A stretch of 64,000 nucleotides of DNA from Bacteroidota bacterium (GCA_028873925.1 JAPPNA010000014.1:3692-67691); one strand, 5' to 3'. Counted from the stretch's first letter, positions 19,336 through 28,829 are shown. Notes: generated by a model not told the origin, from the letters alone. Translations and numbers: made by a program.

Positions 19336-21270
19336 TCAGCCGAAGCTCACAGCCAGCCGCCGGCCCACAACCATGTAGTCAAAGATAATTCTCGTAAAGA
19401 CGATCGCGCTGAACAGCGATGCCAGAATGCCCGCCATCAGCGTGACCGCAAACCCCTGAATCGGCCCGATCCCGAACGAATATAGGATGACACCCACAAA
19501 GAAGGTGGTCACATTCGCGTCAATGATGGCGCTCAGCGCCTTAGCATAGCCTCCGTCCACGGAGGCCTTCAGCGTCTTGCCCGTCTTTTGCTCCTCACGT
19601 ATTCGTTCAAATATGAGCACATTGGCATCCACCGCCATACCGATGGTCAGTACGATACCGGCTATGCCGGGCAGCGTCAGCGTAGCATTGAACCCGGCCA
19701 GGATGCCCAGTATGAAGATGATGTTGATCAGCAGAGCCAAATCGGCCACGAATCCTCCGCCCCGATAGTAGAAGATCATGAACATAGCCACCACCATGAG
19801 GCCGACCATGATGGAGGTGAAGCCCGACTGACGCGCTACCCGTCCCAGACTGGGGCCGACCGTGCGCTCTTCCACGATTTCCACCGGAGCCGGCAGCGCG
19901 CCGCTTTTGAGCACGGTGACAATGTCGTCGGCTTCGGCCTGTGATCCCAATCCGGTTATCTGCGAATTGCCGCCGGTTATGCGGCTGATGACCGTGGGGT
20001 AGGAATACACCACACCATCCAGCACAATCGCCACATTCTTGTTCACGTTAGCACCGGTGAGACGTGACCAGATGCGCGAGCCTTCCGAATTCATCTTCAT
20101 CGAGACCAGCGGCAGGTTGGTCGTCTGATCAAAGTCCGCCCGGGCATCGGTGATAACCTCTCCAGACAGCTCCTCGTTGACATTGACCGCCAGCACCGCG
20201 TAATACTCCATCCCGCCCCCCGGGTTGGACGGACTGGCGTGATACAGCAGCTCAATGTCCCGCGGCAGCATCTGCTGGGCGACGGGATCCCGCATCAGCT
20301 CATTGAAGGCGGCCGTGTCCTGTACCGCCACTTCACCAAAAACCACCGATCCCTGCCCCGCGGGCCGTATCACATCCAGCAGCGGATTGCCCGCATCCGG
20401 CATGGCATCATCCGTAAGCAGTTGACTGACATCAAAGGTCGTATCGGATTCAGCCCCGGTCGTATCAGATTCAGCCCCGGTGGTATCGGATTCAGCCTCG
20501 GTGGCATCGGTATCGTCCGTTTCCGCCAGGTCCGCCGAGTCAGCAGCAGCGGTCACATCGGCTTCAAAGTAGGAGATCATGCGCTGGATGGACGTGTTGA
20601 GCTCGGTCGGGTCGGCCATCAGTCTGAATTCCAGACGGGCGGTCCCCTTGAGCAGACGTCGCACCCGCTCAGGATCGTCCACCCCGGGCAGCTCCACGAT
20701 AATCCGGCGGTTGCCCTGCGTCTGGATCGATGGCTCGGTAACCCCGAAGCGGTCCACACGGTTGCGGATAATCTCTATGGCACGCGTGACGGCATCACCG
20801 GCCTGCATCTGCAGATATGCCGCCACATCACTGTTGCTGGAGCGTCGTGTGATTTCGTCGCTGCGGAAATAACGCGATAGGCTCGCCTCTGGATTCCGGC
20901 GTTCAAATTCATTCACGAATGCGTCAATAAGCGATCCGCCTTCTGCGAGCGCCTGCGCATCCGCGGCGGCCAGTATGGAATCAAATGCCGCGTCGCGGCG
21001 CGCATCTGCGAGCTCCTGGAGCAGTTCGCTCAGCCCGACCTCCAGCGTAACATGAATGCCGCCCTGCAGGTCCAGCCCCAGGTTCAATGCCTTTTCATTC
21101 ACCCGCGACAGCGTACTGTAATTATCGCTGCGAAACGCGTCCTCCTCCTCTGCCGTCATCGCGGACAGGCGGTTGTTGTAGTAGAGCCCCTGAACGGAAG
21201 GGAACAGGTACCACGCCGTCAGTAGCAGGAAGAATATGACGGCACCTACCTTGAATCCGTTGCCTTGCAT
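19336..21270 (-). CDS. secD: Protein translocase subunit SecD (with acidic repeat insertion)
   Basis: LGLDLQGGIHV, GAVIFFLL N-terminal TM, C-terminal GMAVDANVLIFERIREE. Confidence 0.95.
   Translation of the reverse strand: MQGNGFKVGAVIFFLLLTAWYLFPSVQGLYYNNRLSAMTAEEEDAFRSDNYSTLSRVNEKALNLGLDLQGGIHVTLEVGLSELLQELADARRDAAFDSILAAADAQALAEGGSLIDAFVNEFERRNPEASLSRYFRSDEITRRSSNSDVAAYLQMQAGDAVTRAIEIIRNRVDRFGVTEPSIQTQGNRRIIVELPGVDDPERVRRLLKGTARLEFRLMADPTELNTSIQRMISYFEADVTAAADSADLAETDDTDATEAESDTTGAESDTTGAESDTTFDVSQLLTDDAMPDAGNPLLDVIRPAGQGSVVFGEVAVQDTAAFNELMRDPVAQQMLPRDIELLYHASPSNPGGGMEYYAVLAVNVNEELSGEVITDARADFDQTTNLPLVSMKMNSEGSRIWSRLTGANVNKNVAIVLDGVVYSYPTVISRITGGNSQITGLGSQAEADDIVTVLKSGALPAPVEIVEERTVGPSLGRVARQSGFTSIMVGLMVVAMFMIFYYRGGGFVADLALLINIIFILGILAGFNATLTLPGIAGIVLTIGMAVDANVLIFERIREEQKTGKTLKASVDGGYAKALSAIIDANVTTFFVGVILYSFGIGPIQGFAVTLMAGILASLFSAIVFTRIIFDYMVVGRRLAVSFG
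20437..20520. repeat. 21-bp tandem repeat, 3 close copies plus 1 diverged, inside secD
   Basis: ggtcgtatcggattcagcccc / ggtcgtatcagattcagcccc / ggtggtatcggattcagcctc / ggtggcatcggtatcgtccgt. Encodes (TGAESDT)x3 in ..ATEAESDTTGAESDTTGAESDTTFDV.. Confidence 0.9.
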
Positions 21271-21380
21271 GAGTGTCCTAGTGGTGTTTAGCGGTGACCG
21301 ATGGGTCTGTCCAGCGCATTAATACGCCCCTTGGCGGAAAAAGGTGCCCATGCGGGGCCAACAAAATCACCACCTGCCGA

Positions 21381-22403
21381 TTACATCCCGCCTGCTTCAT
21401 CCAGCACCGCTTCACGCAGCCTGTTCAGCACACCATCAGGTTCGTCGGAGGATGAGGGATGCGGCAGCCTGAGCGTACGCACCGGCAGGGAAGCAGGGAC
21501 TCTTGGGTGGTTTCCGATGTGGACAATGATGTGGGTGGCATCCAGGGGCCAGTAGGGCTGCGCCAGGTATTCGGTGAGCGCATCGCGGTGTGACCACAGC
21601 GCAAACAGAATACTGCGCCGCGGAAAGTGCCCCTGCTGTGACCACCGGGCGGCCTGGCCGGCCAATTCGATCAGAACAGCTGGCAACATCCATTCTGATT
21701 CGCTGCCGCGGTACATGTCGGCACCCACAATGATCAGTTCGCTGGCCCGTGCAGGATCCTTACCCGGCAGAAGCCGGAGCAGATCAAAGTGTCCGGCCTC
21801 TGGGCCGCCTGTTCTATGGATGGTTATTTCCAGGGCAGCTAGCAATGCCAGAGGCATCCCGGTGTCAAGCCACGCTCCGGCTGCCTGCGGACCCATTCCG
21901 GTCAGGCGCGCGAAGGCCGAATACGTCATCTGCACGATGAGACACTGCGGGATCGTCTGCCGGGACGGGCGTACATCCAGGCGACCCAGGATAATCATCA
22001 ACGCCTGACGGTCCGAGTGCGGGCACTTGGCGGGCTTCTCGGCTACCAGGCCGGTCGTGGCAGAGGCACCGACCAGTGCGGACTGGAGCGCTGTAACCAC
22101 TATGGTCCCGGTATCACTCCGTGCGTCCGGCCACAGGTCGAATCCTTCCGTGAAGCCGCCGCTGAAGCGGACGCTCAGCTGTGACAGCGCAGGCTTGACC
22201 CGCGCGACCGGTTGGAGTCCTGCCAGATGTTGCTCAACAAAGGCTTCCAACTGCTCGGCCGGCTCCACACCTGATGCGCTCCCATAACGCTGCAGCAATT
22301 CCTGGGTATGCAGAAGTCGGGTCTCGTTCCAGACGGGCGCGTGAAGGCGTGATACCGGCGGCGGCTCAACCCGCTGCAACTGGGAACACCCGGCCAGCAG
22401 CAC
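21381..22403 (-). CDS. Hypothetical lipoprotein (possibly a degenerate M28-peptidase-like fold)
   Basis: Lipobox LLAGC at the annotated (GTG) start. The rest has no motif I can name confidently. Confidence 0.55.
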   Translation of the reverse strand: MLLAGCSQLQRVEPPPVSRLHAPVWNETRLLHTQELLQRYGSASGVEPAEQLEAFVEQHLAGLQPVARVKPALSQLSVRFSGGFTEGFDLWPDARSDTGTIVVTALQSALVGASATTGLVAEKPAKCPHSDRQALMIILGRLDVRPSRQTIPQCLIVQMTYSAFARLTGMGPQAAGAWLDTGMPLALLAALEITIHRTGGPEAGHFDLLRLLPGKDPARASELIIVGADMYRGSESEWMLPAVLIELAGQAARWSQQGHFPRRSILFALWSHRDALTEYLAQPYWPLDATHIIVHIGNHPRVPASLPVRTLRLPHPSSSDEPDGVLNRLREAVLDEAGGM

Positions 22404-22531
22404 CCCGGCGCAGAAGCCCCCGAATCGGAGCCAGCCTGAAAATTGTAGATTCTGTATGAAGATGGTCAGATACGGTTAACTTATTGCGCAGACTGTTGTA
22501 ATATTCAAGAGCTGTTTGGTTGTAGTTCGCC

Positions 22532-25500
22532 ATGCGCACCAGCAAAGACGTGATAGTGGCAGCCCGAATCCTCACCGGCATTCTGCTCGTGGTGGCAGGC
22601 GTGTTCGTCCCCGGTACAGCGTATGCTCAGACCGGAAAAATTGCCGGTCAACTCACCGATGAGACGGGGGCCCCGCTCCCGGGAGTTAACCTTTACATCA
22701 AAGCGCTGGGCCAGGGCGGAGTTACCGATCTGGATGGCTACTATGTCATTTTGAATCTGTCCCCCGGCACCTACAGCGTGCGCGCGTCGTTTATCGGATT
22801 TGCGACGCAGATCATTGAAGGGGTTCGGGTCAATATTGACCAGACCACCACCGTCAATATTCAGCTTCAGGAGAGTGCGCTGGGGCTGGACGAACTGGTC
22901 GTCACCGCCGATCTGCCGGTCGTACAGGCCGATGTGTCCAACAGTCAGCTCAGCGTTACCTCGGAGCAGATTGAAGCTCTGCCGGTGTCCAGTGTGAGCA
23001 GCGTGGTGGGCCTGCAGGCCGGAATCCAGGGCCTGTCCGTGCGAGGCAGCGGCACCGATGAGATCTCCTTTATGGTCAACGGCATCACGCTCCGCGACGA
23101 ACGCAACAATGCGCCCTACACCAGTCTCAGCCTGTCGTCCGTGGAGGAGGTGCATGTGCAGACCGGGGGATTTAATGCCGAGTACGGCAATGTCCGTTCG
23201 GGCGTGGTCAATGTCGTCACCAAAGAGGGGGATCGCAGCCGATACAGCGGCAGCGCAATTATCCGTTACAGTCCGCCCGCACAGAAGCACTTCGGCAACA
23301 GGGCCGACCATCCGGATGCCTATTGGATCCGGCCCTTCATTGACCCGACCGTAGCCTTTGCCGGCACCGAAGCCGGGGGCTGGGATGCGGCCACCCAGGC
23401 GCAGTACCCGACGTTTGAGGGTTGGGTGGCGATTGCTGACGAGCGGTTGACTGACGACGATCCCGAAAATGATATGACTCCAGAAGCACTGCAAAAGGCT
23501 TTTCTGTGGCAGCACCGCAAATCCATGCAGATTGTGCAGCCGGATTACAATGTGGATGTCGGCATTGGGGGCCCGGTCCCGGTTCTCCACCGGCATCTGG
23601 GCGGGCTTCGATTCTACGCATCCATGCGAGCCGACCAGAACATGTATCTGATCCCGCTCAATACCGACCGCTATTCCGAGTGGTCAGGACACTTGAAGAT
23701 AACATCCAATCTGAGGCCCGGCATGAAACTCACCCTGGAGGGTCTGCGGGGCCACATTACCGGTACCGCCGCAAGCCGGGCCGGTCAGCCGGGCATATTC
23801 CGATCCGCGTCCGGCATTGCAGGCGCGATGAGCCGAGTCAGCTTTATTGACACACGGATATTTGCTTCTGATTACTGGACACCTACCGATGTCAACAATA
23901 CGATGGGCGGTGCCAAGTTCACCCACTCGCTGAACCCATCCACCTTCTACGAACTCCGATTCAACGCCTTCCGGTCCCGCTACAACACCAATCCCGGGCG
24001 CTTGCGGGATGAAACCCCCGTGGTGTATTTCGGGGGTGTGGGGTTTGATGAGGCTCCGTTCGGTTTCCAGCCCAAGCCCACCTTCGGGGTGGATGGCATG
24101 CGTACGGGGGTGGGCATGAGTAATGCGCGGGATTCCAGCCGGGTTACTGTATACAACCTGAAGGGTGATGTGACCAGCCAGCTCAATCGGTTTTTGCAGG
24201 TTAAGGCGGGCCTTGAGTACAACCTGACGGATTCGCGTGTCAACTACGGCCGCTACGATGCCTTTCTTCCCAGCGGCAATAATCATTCGGTGTGGGACCG
24301 TACGCCCGCGCGGGGGGCCGCCTATGCCCAGAGCAAGCTTGAATTCTCCGGCATGATTGCCAATCTGGGGCTGCGGCTGGATTATTTCCATGCCGGCGGG
24401 GACTGGTACGCGTTTGACCCGTTCTCCTTTGCGTTCAGTGCCCGGTATGCCCCGCAGATTGATACGCTGCTGGTTTCGGAGCCGACCCGGCGGATATTCA
24501 CGCTCAGCCCCCGGCTGGGCGTTTCGTTCCCGGTCACCGAGTTCAGCAAGCTCTATTTCAATTACGGCCACTTCCGTTCGCTGCCGGATCCGAACAACAT
24601 CTTCCTGCTGCGCTCCTTTACGGAGACCGGGCAGATCAGCCGCGTGGCGAACCCCAATAATCCGCTCCCCAAGACCGTCGCCTATGAGCTGGGCTATGAG
24701 CAGTCCCTTTTTGATCAGCTGCTGATCCGGATGGCCGGCTATTACAAGGATGTGTCGCTCCAGCCGTACCTGACCCAATATATCAGTCGGGATGGCCAGG
24801 TCAGTTACACCACCAGCGAGCCCAACTCTTTTGAGGACATCCGCGGTTTTGAATTCACGCTGTCCCGCAATCGGGGGCGCTGGGTGCAGGGGTTTGTCAA
24901 TTACACCTATATGGTTTATACGTCCGGGTATTTCAGCCTGCGGCGAAATTTTGAGAATCTTACCGCGCAGCGCGAATTCGCCGAGAGTGATACGGAGCGG
25001 CGCCGTGCCTCATCGCGCCCGGTCCCGCGGCCCTATGCCCGGCTGAATGTGGATATTCTGTCACCTGAAAATCTTGGTCCGTACGGTGCTCTTGGGAACT
25101 GGCGCATCAGCGTCCTCGGCAGCTGGCAGCAGGGATCCAAGTTCACTTGGACGGGAGGCGGATCGGTGCCCGGCGTGATCAACAATGTATCGTTTCGGGA
25201 CTACTGGAACCTGAATCTGCGCTTCTCAAAGAGTTTCGTGCTGCGCGGAAGGCGGGCACAGTTCTTTGTTGATGTGTTCAACGCGCTCAATACGCGCCGC
25301 CTGTCCTTCAGCGGGTTCGTTGATGGCAACGATCAGCTGTCGTATTTGCGCTCACTGCATCTGCCCGAATCACCGGACTATCAGACCAATATTCCCGGCA
25401 ATGATCGGATCGGGGCCTACCGGTCCTATGACACGCCCTATCAGCCAATGGAGCGGATCCCGGTGCGTGAGAGTGTGACCCAGCCGCAACCGAAGATCAT

Positions 25501-25681
25501 TTACTGGGAATACGATTCGCGTGAGTATCTCGTCTGGCGTGACGGAGCCTGGGGACCCGCTGACTCACAGATGGTCCGGCAGGTGCTTGATGATAAGGCG
25601 TACATAGATATGCCGAACCAGAATTTCCTGACGTTTCTGAATCCCCGCGATGTTTACTGGGGAGTCCGGTTATCTCTTTAG
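22532..25681 (+). CDS. TonB-dependent receptor with N-terminal carboxypeptidase-regulatory-like domain (SusC-like architecture; module copy A)
   Basis: Signal peptide, then GKIAGQLTDETGAPLPGVNLYI..TDLDGYYVILNLSPGTYSVRASFIGF (CarboxypepD_reg-like). Plug follows (VSSVVGLQAGIQG..SVRGSG), then a long barrel ending ..YWGVRLSL. 1,049 aa. Confidence 0.9.
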   Translation: MRTSKDVIVAARILTGILLVVAGVFVPGTAYAQTGKIAGQLTDETGAPLPGVNLYIKALGQGGVTDLDGYYVILNLSPGTYSVRASFIGFATQIIEGVRVNIDQTTTVNIQLQESALGLDELVVTADLPVVQADVSNSQLSVTSEQIEALPVSSVSSVVGLQAGIQGLSVRGSGTDEISFMVNGITLRDERNNAPYTSLSLSSVEEVHVQTGGFNAEYGNVRSGVVNVVTKEGDRSRYSGSAIIRYSPPAQKHFGNRADHPDAYWIRPFIDPTVAFAGTEAGGWDAATQAQYPTFEGWVAIADERLTDDDPENDMTPEALQKAFLWQHRKSMQIVQPDYNVDVGIGGPVPVLHRHLGGLRFYASMRADQNMYLIPLNTDRYSEWSGHLKITSNLRPGMKLTLEGLRGHITGTAASRAGQPGIFRSASGIAGAMSRVSFIDTRIFASDYWTPTDVNNTMGGAKFTHSLNPSTFYELRFNAFRSRYNTNPGRLRDETPVVYFGGVGFDEAPFGFQPKPTFGVDGMRTGVGMSNARDSSRVTVYNLKGDVTSQLNRFLQVKAGLEYNLTDSRVNYGRYDAFLPSGNNHSVWDRTPARGAAYAQSKLEFSGMIANLGLRLDYFHAGGDWYAFDPFSFAFSARYAPQIDTLLVSEPTRRIFTLSPRLGVSFPVTEFSKLYFNYGHFRSLPDPNNIFLLRSFTETGQISRVANPNNPLPKTVAYELGYEQSLFDQLLIRMAGYYKDVSLQPYLTQYISRDGQVSYTTSEPNSFEDIRGFEFTLSRNRGRWVQGFVNYTYMVYTSGYFSLRRNFENLTAQREFAESDTERRRASSRPVPRPYARLNVDILSPENLGPYGALGNWRISVLGSWQQGSKFTWTGGGSVPGVINNVSFRDYWNLNLRFSKSFVLRGRRAQFFVDVFNALNTRRLSFSGFVDGNDQLSYLRSLHLPESPDYQTNIPGNDRIGAYRSYDTPYQPMERIPVRESVTQPQPKIIYWEYDSREYLVWRDGAWGPADSQMVRQVLDDKAYIDMPNQNFLTFLNPRDVYWGVRLSL

Positions 25682-25684
25682 CGC

Positions 25685-27802
25685 ATGACCCGAACTGATA
25701 CCTGCAGGAGATTGTCTTGGCTGGTTCCTTGGGTCGCATGCTGGGTCCTGGTGCCCGCCGCCGGGGCCCAGTTTGTCAATAAATGGCTCTCGGTGGGTGC
25801 GATGCACAACTGGTACAGCGAAGTCGGCAACGAATGCGAAAGCTGCGGATTTGTCAGGACGCAGCAGGATGGTCTGCGCTGGCCGGGGATTTACCGCTTT
25901 ACCGATATGCAGGCGGCGAAGGCGTTGTGGATCGGTGCGACCAACGTCACCGATGATCTGGGCACCCAGTACGCACACCGTGTGGTACATGCGGGACCCC
26001 GCGTGTCCGGCAGCGGCGAGTTTTTTCCGGTACGGTTTGAACTGATCAGCCGCCTCGCCCCCACATCGGTGTATGTGGATGGTGCCCTGACGGAGCCTGA
26101 AGCTGCGATGGTAACGGACCTGTCCGACGCGTCCATTCCGGGCGATGCCATGCTGATCAATGTTGTCAACACGCTGCTCGGCATCACGATGGAGCGCCGC
26201 ATAATTCAGTTCGCCCAGGAGTATCACGACAACTACCATGTGTTGGAGTACACCTTCACCAATACCGGCAATACCGATGCGGATACGGACATTGAGCTGC
26301 CCAATCAGACGCTGGAGGGGGTCTATTTCTTCTTTCAGTGGCGCCTGTCGGTAGCGAAGGAAACGCGTTACGTTATCGGCAACGGGACCGGCTGGGGCCT
26401 CAACGCGATGTTGGACACGCGCGGTGACGGAGTTAAGGCGGATCCGCCGGAAGAGGACTTCCGGGCGCAATTCGTGTGGCACGGCAAGTTCCCCGCCTTC
26501 AGTGCCTACGACAATCTGGGCGGTCCGATTCTTCCTCAGGCACTGCCTGCACTGAACGTTGCTTCTACGGACACCCTCGGACGCCTGGGAGCTTCGCAGT
26601 TTGTCGGTGTGGTCACCCTGCACGCGGACGTATCGCCCACAGATCCGAGTGATGATCCGACCCAACCTACCACGACCACCTGGATTGGCTCTGATGATCC
26701 GTACACTTCGCAGAACGATGCCTTTAATCCGTCCAAAATGGAGGTGGAATACGGGGTGATGTCCGGGGGTCACAAGTCACCCCGCCATGCGGATGTGGTA
26801 GAGCCAACCGGACTGCCGGGATTTCTTGCACCGGTCGGCGATCCGAGTCTGGGCACACCCGGCGGCTTTTCCAACGCCAACGGATACGGCCCCTACACGC
26901 TCGCACCCGGAGAGAGTATTCGCATTGTGCTGGCGGAAGGCGCTGCGGGGCTGAGCCGCGAGGCGAACGAGGCCATAGGGCGCGCCTATAAGGAGGCGGA
27001 TGCCAATGACGATGCTCCGATTTCATATACGGTGCACGGCCGGACCCATACCCTGACCAAGAATGAATGGGTGTTCACCAGCCGCGACTCACTGTTCCAA
27101 ATGTTTCGCCGAGCGCTGGCCAACTATGCGTCCGGTTACAGTATTCCGAGGGCACCGGCCCCTCCGGCCGCCTTTGAGGTAACCGGTGGTGGCGATCGGA
27201 TCGGCCTTTCGTGGCAGCCGCATGCCACCGAACCGTTGCCTGAAAGCTGGGAGATTTATCGCGCACGCGGCCGTTATGACAGCACCTACACCCTGGTCCA
27301 TACCGCTGCTGGCGGCGATACCAGTTACGACGATACGACACCCATCCGAGGCATTGACTACTACTATTACATGGTGGCGGTGCAGAGTGGCAGCCGGAAT
27401 GATGGTACTGGACTGACTCCGCCGGGTCGGCCGCTCAGAAGCAGCCGTTATGCGACGCAAACGTACTCTCCGACGCGCCTCAAGCGCCCAGCCGGTTCGG
27501 TTCTTGCGGATATCCGCATTGTGCCTAATCCCTACAATATCGCCGCCAGCGCACAGGTCAGATTTCCCGATCAGACCGACAAACTGGCATTCTTCAACAT
27601 CCCGGGCCGTTGCACGATTGCCATTTACACCGATCTCGGCGAGCTCGTGGACACCATTGAGCACACCGATGGCAGCGGCGACGAGTTCTGGGATCACACC
27701 ACTTCTTCGCGGCAGGTCGTAGCCAGCGGACTGTATATTGCGGTCATAACGGATTTGGACACGAATGAGCGTATCATCAAGAAATTCGTAATCATTCGGT
27801 AG
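25685..27802 (+). CDS. Secreted 705-aa protein: unknown N-terminal region, FN3-like domain, atypical T9SS-CTD/FlgD-Ig-like C-terminal domain (module copy A)
   Basis: Signal peptide ..VLVPAAGAQ. FN3-like PPAAFEVTGGGDRIGLSWQP..WEIYRARG..YYYYMVAVQ. Tail IVPNPYNI..KLAFFNIPGRCTIAIYTDLGELVDTIEHTDGSGDEFW..ASGLYIAVI..KKFVIIR. Paralogous to 61001-62977. Confidence 0.8.
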   Translation: MTRTDTCRRLSWLVPWVACWVLVPAAGAQFVNKWLSVGAMHNWYSEVGNECESCGFVRTQQDGLRWPGIYRFTDMQAAKALWIGATNVTDDLGTQYAHRVVHAGPRVSGSGEFFPVRFELISRLAPTSVYVDGALTEPEAAMVTDLSDASIPGDAMLINVVNTLLGITMERRIIQFAQEYHDNYHVLEYTFTNTGNTDADTDIELPNQTLEGVYFFFQWRLSVAKETRYVIGNGTGWGLNAMLDTRGDGVKADPPEEDFRAQFVWHGKFPAFSAYDNLGGPILPQALPALNVASTDTLGRLGASQFVGVVTLHADVSPTDPSDDPTQPTTTTWIGSDDPYTSQNDAFNPSKMEVEYGVMSGGHKSPRHADVVEPTGLPGFLAPVGDPSLGTPGGFSNANGYGPYTLAPGESIRIVLAEGAAGLSREANEAIGRAYKEADANDDAPISYTVHGRTHTLTKNEWVFTSRDSLFQMFRRALANYASGYSIPRAPAPPAAFEVTGGGDRIGLSWQPHATEPLPESWEIYRARGRYDSTYTLVHTAAGGDTSYDDTTPIRGIDYYYYMVAVQSGSRNDGTGLTPPGRPLRSSRYATQTYSPTRLKRPAGSVLADIRIVPNPYNIAASAQVRFPDQTDKLAFFNIPGRCTIAIYTDLGELVDTIEHTDGSGDEFWDHTTSSRQVVASGLYIAVITDLDTNERIIKKFVIIR

Positions 27803-27808
27803 CGGCGC

Positions 27809-28804
27809 ATGAAACCCCTGATGGTCATACTCGCTGCTCTGGCTGTGCTTCCGGCACAGGGTCAGCAGGAAAAGCTGGCCCAGACCGGCATGAAGTTTCT
27901 CAGTGTGTCTGCGGACCCGCGCGCTGCGGGTCTGGGAGATGCGCTGACCGCGGTGGAACATGGCTCGGCATCCATGTTCTACAATCCGGCTGGTATGGCA
28001 TGGCAGGCTTCCTCAGTGGATATCATGCTGAGCCGCACCCGTTGGATCGCTGAGATTGATTATTCGCTGGGCAGCTTTGCACTGCGGCCGGCACAGGGGA
28101 GATGGGGCGTGTTGGGCTTTACGTTTCTGGCGGTGGACTACGGAGATCTGGAGGAAACCATCCGGTTTGACAATGAGCAGGGATATCTGGATCTGGGTAC
28201 GTTTTCGCCTACCGCGTGGAGCTTCGGGGCCGGTTATGCGCGCGCATTGACCGACCAGTTCGCGGTCGGAGGTCACATTAAGTGGGCAAGCCAGAACCTG
28301 GGCGACAGTGTAATGGGGCTGGGTGAAGATGGCGAGTATACGCGGGAGAAATTTGCGGAGCGGGCGGTAGCCTATGATTTCGGCATGTTGTACCGGACGG
28401 GATTCAGAAGTCTGCAGTTCGCTGTCAGCGCGCGTAATTTTGCGCGTGAGCTGTCCTTTGCGGAAGAGAGTTTTCAGCTGCCGCTGACACTGCGCATCGG
28501 CGTGTCCATGAATATGATGGACCTGGTGGCACTCGGATCGGGCGTGCATGCCTGGCTGGTGTCGGTGGATGCGAGCAATCCGCGGGATTTTTCAGAGCAG
28601 ATCAAGGTCGGAACCGAATACCAGTTCCTGGACACATTTGTGCTGCGGGCGGGTTATGCCTTCCCGACCGATGAGCAGGGGGTCAGTTTTGGTCTTGGTC
28701 TGAGGCAGTCGCTGGGTCGAATGGGATTCGGTGCTGACTATGCATTTACGGAATTTGGCATTTTTTCCAATGTCCATCGCCTTGCGTTACGGTTATCGCT
28801 GTAA
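27809..28804 (+). CDS. PorV/PorQ-like outer-membrane beta-barrel protein (module copy A)
   Basis: Signal peptide, then QTGMKFLSVSADPRAAGLGDALTAVEHGSASMFYNPAGMA, the characteristic N-terminal signature of the PorV/PorQ family. Alternating beta-strand pattern to the C-terminus (..HRLALRLSL). Confidence 0.7.
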   Translation: MKPLMVILAALAVLPAQGQQEKLAQTGMKFLSVSADPRAAGLGDALTAVEHGSASMFYNPAGMAWQASSVDIMLSRTRWIAEIDYSLGSFALRPAQGRWGVLGFTFLAVDYGDLEETIRFDNEQGYLDLGTFSPTAWSFGAGYARALTDQFAVGGHIKWASQNLGDSVMGLGEDGEYTREKFAERAVAYDFGMLYRTGFRSLQFAVSARNFARELSFAEESFQLPLTLRIGVSMNMMDLVALGSGVHAWLVSVDASNPRDFSEQIKVGTEYQFLDTFVLRAGYAFPTDEQGVSFGLGLRQSLGRMGFGADYAFTEFGIFSNVHRLALRLSL

Positions 28805-28829
28805 GCTGCGGCACCGGGCGCGGCTGACT

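Noticed and set aside
22404-22531. Bacteroidota-type promoter (TTG / TAnnTTTG) in the divergent region upstream of the 22532 receptor
   Set aside because: Only approximate matches (e.g. ctgTTTGg) were found. I cannot distinguish them from chance without a position weight matrix.
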